Assembly: GCA_944381155.1 (NCBI GenBank)
Contig: CALWKA010000001.1
Location: 130,529 to 194,528, forward strand
Reading direction: 5' to 3'
DNA: 64,000 nucleotides
DNA from: an uncultured Clostridia bacterium
GTDB lineage: Bacteria > Bacillota > Clostridia > Christensenellales > UBA1242
Position numbers and translations under genes: made by a program. Position 1 is the first letter of the stretch, and each line of letters opens with the position of its first letter. This document shows positions 1-14,200 of the stretch, piece after piece. A model generated the notes under the pieces. That model ran no database searches and had not been told where the DNA came from. It saw nothing but the letters and a program-made list of their open reading frames with translations.

Positions 1-198
1 GTGGAATGTGACGGAATAGTGCTTGAAAATTCAAGGATAGATTCCATACCCAAAGTGAGTGCGTGCTCAAATTTGGCTTCGCTCACTCACGAAGCGGCTA
101 TTGGCAAAATTGCTAACGAGCAGATCATAAAATTGATGACTTTGGGACTAACTGAAAAAGAGGCGGAAAATAAAATCATTGAAGGTTTTTTGAAATAA
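1..198 (+). CDS. SufB/SufD-family Fe-S cluster assembly protein, C-terminal fragment (5' end outside window)
   Basis: Frame is open from base 1 to the TAA at 196-198. The tail THEAAIGKIANEQIIKLMTLGLTEKEAENKIIEGF resembles the conserved HEAxxGKxxEEQLFYLxSRGxxxxEA C-terminus of SufB/SufD. Confidence 0.6.
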   Translation: MECDGIVLENSRIDSIPKVSACSNLASLTHEAAIGKIANEQIIKLMTLGLTEKEAENKIIEGFLK

Positions 199-584
199 TA
201 AATTGAATAAAATTAAAAAATAAAAATTTATAAAAAATTAAAATAAAAATTTATTAAAAATATTTTAAAAAAATAAACAAAACAAATATTATTATAAAAA
301 ATAAATAATAATTATTTTTTAAAAAATATTAAAAAATCAAAAAATAATGAAAAAATAGCAAAAAATAGCAAAAATTTTAAAATTTTATAAAAAAAATATT
401 AAAAAATTGATAAAATTAATTTAAAATAATATATTAAAAAATTAGTAAATAACAAAAAATAATTATTGTTAAAAATATTAAAATTAATTATTATAAAATT
501 ATTTTAATTATAAAAATACAAAAAATTTCAATTTAATAAAAATATAATTTCAATTTAGATATAAAAATTATAAAAACAAAAGGT
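199..584. other. near-pure A+T low-complexity intergenic spacer between convergent genes
   Basis: Direct count: bases 241-300 contain 2 G/C out of 60 and bases 301-360 contain 4 out of 60. Short words such as ATTATAAAA and AAAAATTAAAAAAT recur. No ORF. Confidence 0.9.
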
Positions 585-618
585 GATGAAAAAATAAAGT
601 GAGCGATATCACTCACTT
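585..618 (-). terminator. intrinsic terminator of spoIIID
   Basis: 7-bp stem AAGTGAG (597-603) pairs with CTCACTT (612-618) around an 8-nt loop. A T-run follows on the minus strand (585-596). The hairpin lies 19 nt past the spoIIID stop. Confidence 0.75.
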
Positions 619-636
619 CAAAATTAATCGCCTTTT

Positions 637-936
637 TTATATTCCATACAGGGCTTCACTTTCATCATTTTTGTTTATTTCTTTTTTTAGTGCTTCATAT
701 TTCAATTTGGTTGATTCGCCACCGTGTATATGTTTTATGCTGAAATTTTCTTCCATCAATTTTTTTACTTCCAAAAATAGATTGTAGTTTATATATTTAA
801 GCTTTTTGCTCAAATCATTATGCACAGTACTTTTAGGGATATTGAAGGCTTTTGCAGTGGCGCGAATTGTGGTATGATTTTCAAGTATATAATAGGCTAG
901 TTTTATCGTTCGCTCGTCAAGGTCATTATATTTCAT
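637..936 (-). CDS. spoIIID: stage III sporulation transcription regulator SpoIIID
   Basis: 99 aa. ERTIKLAYYILENHTTIRATAKAFNIPKSTVHNDLSKKL ... HIHGGESTKLKY matches the B. subtilis SpoIIID HTH and its C-terminal GGEATKLKY motif. Confidence 0.9.
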   Translation of the reverse strand: MKYNDLDERTIKLAYYILENHTTIRATAKAFNIPKSTVHNDLSKKLKYINYNLFLEVKKLMEENFSIKHIHGGESTKLKYEALKKEINKNDESEALYGI

Positions 937-1175
937 TTTTATCTCCTTGATTTAACCTATTTTTTCATTTGCTAAAATATGACAAAAAAGACAAAAAAAG
1001 TACAAAATTAGTCATTTTGTGCCTGCAATAACAATGAAAGGTATCTATTGAATTTGTCATTTCTTTAAATAAAAATAGATTTCATATTGTATATCTAAAT
1101 ATAAGTTTATGAAATTCAATTTTGCGTAATCATACAAAAAAGCAACTATCTATAAACTAATTGAGCATCATTTGA

Positions 1176-1895
1176 TTAATTTTTGCCCACTTTATCTAGA
1201 AGATTATAACTTTCGTCAGACAATATAGCTGTTTCAATGCGTTTTTTAGATAGTGGGAATTGTTTATCAAGCTGTTTGATAAAGTCTGTAATCTCTTTTC
1301 TTTTTGAATTGTCGTTGGCTGGGCACTGACTTTTAAGAATTGGATAATTTTTGCTACAATTAATTATCTTTTTTTCGTCTGTTAGGTACAATGGTCTAAT
1401 CAATGTTATACCCGCTCTCGACATATATGATTTTGGTAGCATTGTGGATAGTCTGCCTTCGTATAGTAGTGAAATAAAAAATGTGGTCACCACATCTTGC
1501 AAATGGTGGGCGAGCGCAAGTTTGTTGCAATTCAGTTTTTTGCAAACACTATTGAGTGCGCCCCTTCGCATTTTAGCACAGAGCGAACAGGGATTTTTTT
1601 CTTTCCTGATATCAAAGACAATATGTTTAATATCCGTCTTTTCTATTGTCAAAGGGACATTGATTTCACTACAAAATTTTTTGAGTTTATCATAGCTAAC
1701 TTCGCCCGAATAAATATCTATCGTCACCGCAAAAATTTCAAAATCATACAATTTGAATTTTTTAAAATCGGATAACGCTTTAAGCAAAACTAAACTATCC
1801 TTTCCGCCAGACACCCCGACTGCTATCCTATCTCCGTCTTGGATAAGGTCGTATTTTTGAATTGCCTTTCGCATACTGCTCAAAACTTTTTGCAT
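1176..1895 (-). CDS. ttcA: PP-loop ATPase, TtcA-like tRNA 2-thiocytidine synthetase family
   Basis: 239 aa. Has the PP-loop SGGKDS near the N-terminus and CSLCAKMRRGAL, typical of the TtcA family. Confidence 0.7.
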   Translation of the reverse strand: MQKVLSSMRKAIQKYDLIQDGDRIAVGVSGGKDSLVLLKALSDFKKFKLYDFEIFAVTIDIYSGEVSYDKLKKFCSEINVPLTIEKTDIKHIVFDIRKEKNPCSLCAKMRRGALNSVCKKLNCNKLALAHHLQDVVTTFFISLLYEGRLSTMLPKSYMSRAGITLIRPLYLTDEKKIINCSKNYPILKSQCPANDNSKRKEITDFIKQLDKQFPLSKKRIETAILSDESYNLLDKVGKN

Positions 1896-2181
1896 CTTTT
1901 TTCTCCTAAAAAAAATTTAAAATATTAAAAAATTATATCAAAAAATATCAATTTTTCAATAATTTTTTACAAAAAATAAAAAATTTTAATAAATTTACAT
2001 ATTTTTCAAAAAAAATATAATCAAAAACGATATTAAAAATTTTTAAAAAATTGAATAAGTAATTAAAAAATATCATTTTATTTTCCAAAATTAAAAACGA
2101 TTTATGCAAAACTCTATCTCGACACATCATTTTGATAAAATCAAAAATAATATTACAAAAATAGATATTTATCCAAAATTC
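1896..2181. other. A+T-only divergent intergenic spacer (ttcA / giant gene)
   Basis: Runs of A/T with only sporadic G/C, for example AAAAATTTAAAATATTAAAAAATTATATCAAAAAATATCAATTTTTC. Confidence 0.85.
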
Positions 2182-2211
2182 TTGACTTTATCTCCCATTA
2201 TTTTATATAAT
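2182..2211 (+). promoter_or_regulatory. sigma-A-type promoter of the giant gene
   Basis: TTGACT (2182-2187), 18-nt spacer, TATAAT (2206-2211). The SD AAGGTGAGGGG (2244-2254) precedes the ATG at 2257. Confidence 0.6.
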
Positions 2212-2256
2212 TAATTATATTATTTAGGCATTAGCACAAATTAAAGGTGAGGGGTT

Positions 2257-5200
2257 ATGAAAAAGAAAATATTTAGTATTTTGACAGCGGTATTTATCTT
2301 CGTAGTTTGCGGAGTGTTTTCTGCGTGCGGAGATAAGTACAAGGATATGGAATTCAAAATCTATTACGCTTTCTCTCAAGAGGCTGGCGAGTGGTATGAC
2401 GCTACTGACGGCATAGTGTTGAACTATGGCGGGGCGGATGATGAATTTCAAATTGATCAAAACACGGGCGTGGGCACTCTGTATTTAAAAGTTGAAATTG
2501 CCAATGTGAAATCGAAGCACATTGACGAGATCATTGTCACCAAGCGCGGTACTAGTGGTGGAGTAAACTTTTCTACGGCAACAGTTGATCAAAACGAAGT
2601 GTTTGGTATAGATATTACCGGCAACACAAATTCTTCATTGCGATTTTTTGAAACCAATTCGGGCAAACAGGTAGACATTGATCTGTCTATCTATCGCAGT
2701 TTGACCGGCATTCAGGTGGACGCATCAATCAAACCAGCGGTTAAAGTGGGCGATGCAATTAGCTTGACAAGTTTGAAAAATCTATATTATTTGCCAATGC
2801 AAAATGGCAATACTCTTACCAATCAAACAGGCGTGGACTATGAAATTGTGGGCTTAGGGTATTATTCAGATCAAATTGAAGATGGACATAAGAAATTTAT
2901 CCAGACAGAAGATTACTTGTATGCATATAATTATATGTCCATTTCAGAAGATGGTGTTTTGTATGTGTATTCTGATTATATGATTTCGAATTATGAATAC
3001 ATAGTGCGCGTGAGTGCCGTTTCAAAGCATAACCCTAGTATATATACAGAATTTGATGTTTACATAGTGGAAGATCAAGAATTTTCGCCAAAAATATATT
3101 ATACTGATTATACTGACGATTCGAGTCAAAAAGATGTGGGCTCAAGTTTCACATTGTATGACGGAAGTGAGGACTATTCTTCTGTAAATCTAACTATTAA
3201 TAATGACGAACTAGAGAGCGAGTATAAAACAGCAATCAACACAATAGACGCGACGGCTAAATATGAAATTTGTATTTATGTGGACAATAAACTTGTAGAT
3301 TTATCATCTCCAGAAGTAATAAACGGCTTGCTAGTGGAAAGTGTGAATGAGCAAAACAATATTATCCGTTTAACTTCTACCACCGACTACTATCCAACGA
3401 ACAAAATTAAAATTAGTTATGAATTGCGAGAATTTGATTTTTCAGGATCGACAGCTCCCGATTATTCACGCGAAATAGTGATAAACAAAAGTGTTTTGCC
3501 TGAAAATATTTCAATAAACGGAGAATTGGCAGAGCTAAATGATGATTTAATAGGCGAGATGCAGGGGATGATTTATAGTTCAAATAGTTCTTCATATATA
3601 GGATCAAAGCTAACTCTTCTAGCCGAACCAACAAATGCCAATGAAACCACAGATATTTACATTGAAGCCAATGAAAATGTGAGAATCACAGGGCAAATAA
3701 AAAATCAAGAAGGAGATATATATACGATTGAGAGCGGTGCTACAATATTTGTCCGTGTAGCATCAAATGTTGACGAGGATCAAACTATCACAATCAGAAC
3801 ACAGGTTTCTCCTTCAATATTTGAAAATCAAGCGATTTCAGAACGATTTGTAGTGATTTCGTATACACTCAAAAAGGTTGTGACCGCGGATAGTATTGAC
3901 ATTTATGCAGATGAAGATTTAAATATTCCAATAAATAATTCAAGTCTAAACATTGATACAAAAAATGAAACGCACGCCTATATAAAGGTGTATTATACAG
4001 GAACCACTCTTGAAACATCTTCAATATCATTGGAAAGTGACAATAGCGCAATCAAATTTGCAAATAATTCTACTTCAATATTATTAAATGATCCAACAGT
4101 GGAAAGATGGGTTGCTGAGAACGATGAAAATGGTAAATATGATCTATTCCGTGTTTCATTTTTAGGGGCAAACACATTGGGTCAAGCTAGTATTTCTGTT
4201 GTTGCGGGTGAAGGCTCGGTGGGTGTAGATACCAGATTTGTAGCAAATAGTGTATATTTGTTGCAAGAAGAAACGATTGCCGTTGAATCTGGGAGTGCAG
4301 ATGCTAAAGAATTTACAGATATAGAAAATGGGCATTTCAATTTTGCGGTAGCGAAAAATCGATTGATAGAATTTGAACTTTTAGGGATTGTAGAGGGTGC
4401 TAATGTATTTACCGACTTAGGAATTGTAGATTCTAATATTACAATAAACACATTTTATGATGCAAATTATTCGGGTAATAATTTTAGCATTGACGCAGTG
4501 TCTTACAACCAACTAGATAAAAACAAATTTAGTTTAAGAGGTGAGACGGGCGCAAAGACAACCGTATTTTCTATAGAGGTTACATATTATGCAAAAGATA
4601 TAACTTCAGGAATAATAACTCTTGCTAATACGACCGTATATTTAGACATTGCGGTATATGATCCTATCTCCATTATAGATAGGACTATATCTCAGGATCA
4701 AATCGTTTATATTAATGAAAAATATGATTTTGCGTCTACTAGTGAAATAACCTTCTCGTCTTATGCTTCAAACTATTCAGCAGCCTCTAATAGCGTGGTG
4801 TTTAGCGGAGCAGGAAATACAGAGATTATCAAAACAGACGCTTCTCAATTAATGATAGATATAAACCGCGACCTAGATGATGACAACGCGATTGAAATCG
4901 TTTTAGTCAACGAAGATGGTGAAGAAGAAGCAATTTCAGACGGAACAGTTTTGAAAAATGGATCTGAAAATATTTTGTCTGGTAGATTGAAAGTAAAGTT
5001 GAACGGAGTGAGCGATTATGAAGATTTGACATTAAGTTTGACTGCGTTGCGTTTCGGAGATGAATCAAACACTTCTACATCTGTCACCATTGAATTTGCA
5101 CAACATGAACCGGTGGATGGAATTACTTTGTCCGGCAATAGCATAGTTCAAAATGGTATAGATAGTTATTATATATATATGTCTTTCATGGGTGTGGCGG

Positions 5201-8200
5201 AAAATGGCGACACATCTTCTAATTTTAGTGCAACACCATATTATGAATCAAATGTGGCTACCGGACTCAGATATGATGATTTAACTTACAACTTATATCA
5301 AATCGTGCAGGATGAAAATGGAAATATTGTGCGAGATGAGAATGGTAGAGCATTGGAAGATCAAGTGACTTCCACAAGATTAAATATAACAATAGATTCG
5401 GATACGCATAATGTGACCATTCGCGCGTTGAGAAGTCTGGCCGGTGGATTATTCAGATTGGAATTGGCTAGTATGGATTCGTTTGATTCTGCCACACAAT
5501 CATATATGACCACGCAGTCGTTGTTCGTTTCAATCAGCGATGGTACTCCACAAAATAAATATGTGATTACAAACACAAAAGATTTGATTAATATCAACAA
5601 CGATTTGAACGCTAATTATGTATTGAGAAACAACATTATAGTAGACGATATTACAGAAGAAAATACAGAAGAAAAAACGATATTTCCTATTGGCGGAGAG
5701 AGCGCATTCAATGGCACACTCACCGGCAAGGTGCAGAATCTCAATTCAGATAATGAAATCGTGACATCTAGATATAAAATCACATTAAATGTGAATGAAT
5801 CAGTAACAAGCGGTGATAGCGTTTATGCTGGATTGTTCGCACGAATTGGGGAAAATGGTGAGATATCCGATCTGGATATTGATGTAAATTTTGATACTTC
5901 TAGTTTTGGATCGACGACAACTAGTGGCGAATTGAATATTGGCGCGCTAGCAGGAGCAAATGAAGGGGGTACAATTAAAGGCGTTAATGTCACATTGCTA
6001 GGCGGTAGTAAAGACAAAATTAATTTTGTTGCAGGGAATATATCCACTCCTATCAATTTTGGTGGAATAGTTGGCTTAAACACAGGATATATAGATCTCA
6101 CTAGTTCAAATGTGAGCGCAGACGCTCAAATTAAAATCACCACATCCGCCATTGTTCGACACAATATTGGTATGGTGGCGGGCAAAAATTCGGGCGAAAT
6201 TTTTGGCGGATATTTAGGCAAAGAGAGTCTAAATAGCGTCAATTATTCTGTTATTGCAAACTTGAGTTTAACTAACGCTGCCACGAATAATCCTACTCTA
6301 TATCTAGGTTCAATTGCAGGATATAATGCGGGCGGATATATTCATAATTTGATTGTGGGCGGACGCATCAGCGTTTCAGACGATACTTCGATTGCTAATG
6401 TGGACGAAATCGAGGGCTTCGTGGCAGGTATTGTCGGTGGGGCTGAAAATGTTGCCGGTTCGACTGTAAGCGTACAGGGAATTGAAACAGTGGCAGTTTT
6501 GGGCTTGGATCTATCTGCATACAATCCTAGTATGGCTGTCGCTGGTATTGTGGGGCAATCGAGCAGTTCTACAATATCGGATGTGCGCGTATTGGCCTCA
6601 AAAGTTAGTTTTGACCAGGGCGGATTGACGAGTTATGGAAAAATTTATGGGCAAGGAATTGTGGCAGGTATCGTCGCAAATTCAAATGGTGATAAGATCA
6701 CTCTTGCTAGTGTGGAAAGTTTCATTTCAAACACTTTAAGCGCGAGCGGAAATGTAGAACCATTCTATATGTTGAAAAGCGATGCAAACACTGTGGCAGG
6801 TTTGATATATACTTCGTCATCTGGCACAACTCTAAAAAATTCATTCATTTCAGCAAATATAGATACTAATGCATATCTAATTTCAGCGTATCAAACTATC
6901 ATTTTGACATCAAATGCAAATGAAACAAATGTGTATTTCTTGGGTAGAGTAAACAATCTCGAACAGATAAAAGACAATATTTTTGCAAGAGAAACAAGCT
7001 CGGGCTATTATGTTGTGTATACAGACAATTCTATCCTAGACTTTAATGCAGATTCAGTAAATGAACTTGATTTGACTGCTTATTATGTGGCAGAAGAGAT
7101 AGGAAAAGACACTTTATATACTATTCAACAATTTTGGAATGAAGAAGTAGTTATAACTAGTGAAAACTTTGATAGTCAAAAAGAATATTTATATGTTAAG
7201 ACTGGCGAAACTTATGAAAAAGTTGCAAACAGCGCAACCTTTGACGACGCGCTAGAGTATTATTTGCTAGACTACACTTTGTGGCAAAACAATAGAGCAA
7301 GTCTATATGTGGCTGATAAAGACGGATATTTATATAGTTTGACCGATTTCAACTTTAATCCAAATATTACATATTATTCTATAAATAATGTAAATATAAG
7401 AGATTATTATATTAAAGAAACTGAAGAAGCTGAAGAAGATGCTGGAAATGTTCATTATATTAAAAATGACAATTCTAATATCAATATAAATTTCACTTAC
7501 TATCAAATTAGTTGGGAAACACCAGACGATGGTTGGAGAAATACAATAAATGGCTGGCTGGGCGAGGATACAACAAATTGGGAAACAAATTCAGAACGCA
7601 ATTTCATAACAATTTACGGATTGAATTTCTATTTCCCATATCTAGTGGACGATGAAGAAAACATAGTGATGATAGAGCGCCCTACACAGATTCAGGCAGA
7701 TATCAACACAGACTATATTATAGAAATCAATTCATCCTACATTGATAGAGATTATCCAATGCAGGGATATAATATAACTAGCAGTACGATAATCAATTAT
7801 CATAGCGATCTAAACAATCCTTTGAACAACGAATCATACAATAGATACAATATTGTCAACACAGCATCAGCAGGCGAGCAACCAAACGGACTAGTAGATT
7901 TGAATGTCATTCCGTCCAATGCGCAAGGTGGAGTGGTGTTTGAAATCGTGCGCGGTTCGGCTTATGCGTACATCAATTCGCAAAATCAAATAGTGTTCAC
8001 GGGAGTGAGTGGAGCGAATCCAATAATTGTCAGATGCTATTCGCTATTCAATGACGAATTGGAAGAGTTTGTAGCATTCTTTACTCAACTAGGATTGAGC
8101 GATTTGATGCTTACTTCAAATTCAATATATGAAGTGCAAGAAGATGATGTAGATTTTGAACTATATACGCATACAGGAGCAAATTCTACACTCGTCAGCA

Positions 8201-11200
8201 TTTCGGCAGAAAATATTTATCAAGGACAAGCGTTTGCTACAATTTTGGATGCGGGAATAAACAATTATCTTGAAGTGGAAGCAATTTCAAACACTTCTAA
8301 TTCAATTTTAAACATTGTGAACGCAAATTCAACAAATGGCATAATGCTTGAAGTGATAGATGACGAATTTGAGGGCAATATGAGAACAGAGATGATCACA
8401 TTTACTCTCAAATTGAATCTCACTGAATATTTTGGAGAAGAATTCTATCCGGCAAATGCTGGAGTGGATCAATATCTTGATTTGGCTAGTACGAATTTGC
8501 GAGTGGTTATCTACAAAACTGCTACAGATATTGAGATAGAAGGCGGAGATTATTCGGTATACACCAATGCAAACATCGATTTCAATGTGAATTTATATAC
8601 CGGATATGTGAGCGGTGCAGAATCGGGCTCTGTGGGCTATCACAATGTAAACAACACTATAATGTTGGACGAAAGTGATAAAGATAGCATCAACTTGACT
8701 ATAGATTTAATTTCAGGGCAGGACGAACTAGACAAATTAATGCAAAATGCGGGCGTAACAAACATTGTGCAATTGTTCGATTTTGACTTCTATTATTCAC
8801 TTCTAAAAGCGAATGAAGAAGTGCAAGGTTATCAATACACTGTAGAGATGAATCTAAAAGACGAATTTAATTTTAGATATATCACATCTAGCATAGAATT
8901 TAGATTGAGTGTGTATGGAGCAAACAATACAAACATATTAGATAGTATATCAATCGTGTTCAATCCAACCGAATTATCCACTATGCGTATTGAAAATTAT
9001 ACCGCAACCAGCGTAAACACTATCACAAATTATACATCTTTAATAGAAAGTAACACCACCGAAACATCTGTGTTATCACCAGGCGGTTATGGTGGAGTTA
9101 TGATGATTTATTTAGAGCCAAGCTACTCTAATATTGTTTCTGCTACCCTTACTAGCACGAGCTTGTATGTTCCGTCATTAGGCAGGAGCGTATCTATCAT
9201 ATTTGAGCAGTTGGTGAAGAATGAAGATGGGAGATACGAAACAGTATATCCAAACAACGAACAAGTGACCGGCGGAATCAAGTTGCGTTTAGTGTCAAGC
9301 GTGGATGATGAAGGAAATTATAGTTATAATGGTATCATCTATATTCACACTCAAATGGATAAATTCGTAGGAATGTCGGGCACGGTGGAAGCAAATTTAT
9401 CTGTGCAAACGGGCGCAGGCAACACATTTGAACAGACCAAAACTTTGATCACAGAATATTTGCCAGGTGCTACCCTTTATTATGACGGCATCAGTGTAAA
9501 CAACAGCACAAACGAATATTTGATTCAAAAAGACACATATAGCAATGAAGTAAATATCCGTATCTATGGATATCAATTTAACAACAATCCAAGCATAAGT
9601 TTTGTTTGGAAATTGAATGACGGTGATCTTAATTATACCTATGGCAAACAGGCAGTTACAGTTGCCAGCGAAGAAGATTTTGAAAATAGGAAATTGTCAC
9701 TATATTTTAAAGATGAAATTAGTGGGAACTATACTAAATGTGATGAAAATTCAGAATATGATGGAACTAAAACCTATTATGAAGATAATAGAAATGTCAT
9801 AATTGATAAAGGCGGACAATCATATAATATATTAGATTATTTGAGTTATAGATTCTTAAATGATTATAGCGAAGTTGAGCAAAATCAAGACGGTTCGTAC
9901 ACGATGACGGTGTTGCTAAACATTTATCCAGACATTCCAGCGGGCTTTGAGATGAAGGCTAGTTTGACCTTGGCAACGGACGAATCATTGATTACAAGCG
10001 AGCAAGAAAATAGTTTGATTTTCTATCCGGTAGATTATATATTGACGGATATTAATGTGGCTAATCTCAACAATGGTGTTATGAATATCGCTTATAATAG
10101 ATCGTCTGCAATCAATCTATCTTTTGGCACAAACAATCCAAATGCGGACCTATCAGAATCGATATATGAAAAACTTTTGACAGATATTAGCGTGGACGAA
10201 CTAGCAAGTTTATTCACCTATGCGGATACGCAAGGAAATATCATCAAGTTTAGCGATGCGATTGAATTGCATCCAGAGTTTTCTGTGAATATAATCAATG
10301 AAAAATTGACTATCACAGGCATCAATTCGCTTTATAGGACGATTGAATTTGAAGTTCATTATGGATATGTGTTGGAAAATGGTCAGTATGTATTGAAATT
10401 TGGCACAATGTCTAGTAATTCACTAAATAGGACGATGGAATTTAGTTTTGTACTAAATATCTATGCTAGCACTACTGAAGAAAATGCCATTCCAATATAT
10501 TCAGTGGATGATATCTTCGATCCAGAGACGGGCGCGTGCTTGCTAGGAGAAGATGCGGACTATATTTTGATGAACAATATAGTTTTGGAAAATCTCGAGC
10601 CAATCGATGTGGATATTGCCAGCTTTGACGGAAACAACAAAGTGATTAAAATCAGAAGTTTCGCAGTGGGTGTTGATAGGACAGAATATGGATTATTTGC
10701 AAACATTGGCACATATCAAGACATCAATGGAGATACGCAAACTACTATTTTGAAAAATGTAATCGTTGATTATAGCGAGTTTAATTCAAGTTTGAATTTG
10801 ACAAACAATGAGATTACAGATATTGCCTTTGGTGGCTTGGTGGCAAACAATGGCGGTTTGATTTACAACTGCGATGTGATGAATTTGAGTTCAACTGCAA
10901 AAGTTATCAACATTTTATTAGACAATAATAGCGAAGTCGAGATAGTGTTCGGTGGCTTAGTGGCAAACAATTCGGGTATCATCACAAATTCGCGCGTGGG
11001 GAGACTTGGATACACGAAAATCACTGCGGATCAAGACAGCGAAACATCCGTTCAGTTGGGTGGCGGAGCGCTCACATTCGTGATTGGGGATAGCACTCAC
11101 AGCACAGAATCTGGGCAAGGCTTCGTGGGCGTAACTGCGGGCTTTGTAGGAAGAAATACAGGCACGATAGCAAGTTCGTATGTGGCAAACACAGGCATCA

Positions 11201-14200
11201 CAAACTATTCTACTGCGCCAGAAGGCACCTCGTCAAATTATAGTATGACGGCAGGTTTTGTGGGCGAAAATGCTAGCACGGGTGTGATTTCGTATAGTTA
11301 TGTTAAGGCGCTTGAAAACACGATTAGTGAAACAAATCCACGCTCTACGGGGGTAGAGATATATTCGCCAACAAATGGAAATGTGGCAGGATTTGTATAT
11401 CTTAATGCGGGCAGAATCAGCAATTCGTTTGCAAATACTGTTCTAACTTCTACATCTGCGTATGTGGCTGGGTTTGTGTACAACAATCAGTCGGGCGCAG
11501 AAATTAGCGAGAGTTATGCGGCATGTACTCTAAACGGAGTGTTCACAGCAAACGATGCATCCGAACAACCTTTCGTTGGAGTCAGCAATAGTGACGAATT
11601 GTTGTCATATGGCGTAATGGACAATGCTTATTATTTAATAGACGGAGATAATTCGTATATTGTCAAAACAGAATCGGGCAAAGATCAGGCAATCGGACTA
11701 AATCAAGAGAATTTCACGAATAGCGGTAGTCTAAATGGTTTCGTGTTCATTGAAAGCAATTCTAGAATTGAACGAAGTCAGGGCGTGTGGTCATATTATA
11801 ATCAAAACAATTCATATAGAATTTTGCCAGAATTGCCAAATGCAAATCAAGTGTCACATTCGTATAGATATCTGTTGCGTCAAGAAAATTCTATGTACAT
11901 ATATTCAAATGCAGTCTCATACGAACCGGGTAGTGCAAACAATCCAAATATTATTCGAAGTGTGGAAGAATACAATGAAATAATGTTGAGCGGAAACACA
12001 AGCAATAGTTTGACAGGTTATGTGCGATTTATCAACAACATTGATTTTGCTAGTGACGAAACCGCAATCAAAACTCGTGTAAATTTTGTACTAGGCGATG
12101 TCAATAATGAAACGGTTACATCTGTGGATGGAAACGGGATGACGATCAGCGGAATATATCTTGATGTAGGCAATGCACAAGAAGAATCAATCGGTCTATT
12201 TGCCGAAATACACAACGCATATGTGAAGAATTTGAATCTAGAATTTGCTACAACCGCAGAAACGGACGGGCAATTCAGCTCATTGAGTGCAATATATTCG
12301 GGCGGACTAGCAGGATTAGTAGATAATGGAGTGATAATAAATATCACATTGGATGGTGCATCCACCACTATCAGCGGTCAAAATTTTGCAGGAGGATTGG
12401 CAGGAATCATCAAAGGTGCAAGTTTAATTTATGGAATAGATTCAAATTTGAGCGTGAAAGCGGTCAATACTGATGTGGCTAATTATTACAACTATTATAG
12501 CGAAGAAGAGTTCGCCACAATGCGTGCCTTCGGAGCAATCTCATATACAGGGAGTTATGATTCATATCTAACTCAATTGTCTTTTGCGGGCGGTATTGCA
12601 GGCGTGTTTGATTTAGATGCTAGACAGTATGCAGATTTCAATATCTCATATATCAATGTATATGGCAACGAAATGTATGACAAGCGTGAAATTGACGCAA
12701 ATATCCTTGCAGACTATGCGGGCGGTATTGCCGGATATGCAGGAAAAGAAACATCAAGTTTGCGATTGAAGTATTATGTGGGTCAAAACAATCTCATTCG
12801 TGGTCAATTTGCAGTAGGTGGGATCTATGCGGTGAGCAGTGGAGATATCACAGCATCGCAAGTGACAGCAGAAGAAGACGAACAATACACTTATGATACC
12901 ACTTTGGGTAAATATATAATTGACATAGAAAATGGTGAAGAAACTGAAATTGATACCGCCAATGCGGGAAACTTGAATTTGCTTGAGACATACGGATATG
13001 CAGGCGGATTGATTGGAATTTCTATCAATTCGCATATAGATTCTTGCTATAGCAAAGCAGGTTTCAAAGTGGGTTCCACAATCGGTGGTCTGATCGGAGT
13101 ATCTATAGCTTCAAATACTGTATACTCGTACGCAGTACCTTACATAAATGTGGATGACACATATTTGACAAAAGTGGGCGGTTTGATTGGTTCTGCATAC
13201 GGGGTGCGCAGTGGAACGATAGACAGAAATCAAGCAGTTAACGAATATATCAACTATCTCACTTTAATTTTAGGCGAGAAAAACAAAAATACAGATATTC
13301 AATTTACTTTCTCTACAATTTTGGTGGATGTAAACGATATTTCTACAAAAAATGTTGAGACAGACAAATATGTCAATTTTGATTATATTTGTGCAGATTA
13401 TGGACAGTTGGAAAATGGCGACGCAGGATATTTAACGAGCAATAATGGTAGTGCATTTATATATGTATTTGCAGGACTTGTGGATGCTTATAGTAGAGTT
13501 GTGGATGAAGATGGATTGTCTATCTTGAAACATACAAACGAAGCACGATCTAGCGATGAAGAACTCAATTTATTGTATGACACGAGCGAAGACAATGTTG
13601 AACAAGTATCCACATTCAATAATATATTCTCTAGTTGGGATACAACTTATTGGACAATGGATCCTGAAAGATATTTCCCATTATTGTTGAACGAAGATCC
13701 AAAAAATTATATTCTCATTGAGACGGCAGACGATTTCTATCAAATGTTGGCGCGTCCAGACGAGAACTTTATGATTGTGGAAGATATTGATATGAGCGAA
13801 TGGTGCGCACGAAACAACACAAATTTCATATTCGATATTGAATTCACCGGAATATTAGTGGGTCAGAAAGAAGACAATTCAATTCCTGTTTTGTATAATC
13901 TATATCTATCTCCTACAAACGAAGAAGATGCAGGATTATTTAGGGCAACCAACGAAGCGACACTGCGAAATATCACATTTGAATGGGGTCCTAATATAAA
14001 TGAAGGGACGGCATCGGAAGTGTATAGTTCAGTATTATTAGGCACCACAGTTGACACTTTCGGCGGAGTGTCTGCGCAAGACGAGGGTTCATTATTTAGC
14101 AATTTGACCGTTCGTGTGAAGAGTAAGGAAGTAGATAAAACAACCAGTCTATTCAATTCTAATAATGGTACTATTGCAGGGTTTGGCGGAATTGTAGGTC

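Noticed and set aside
199-584. The A+T-only spacers as a replication origin
   Set aside because: There is no cluster of DnaA boxes; the only near-consensus word is at 2169-2177. No dnaA, dnaN or gidA context is present, and the same tract type occurs at four or more loci.
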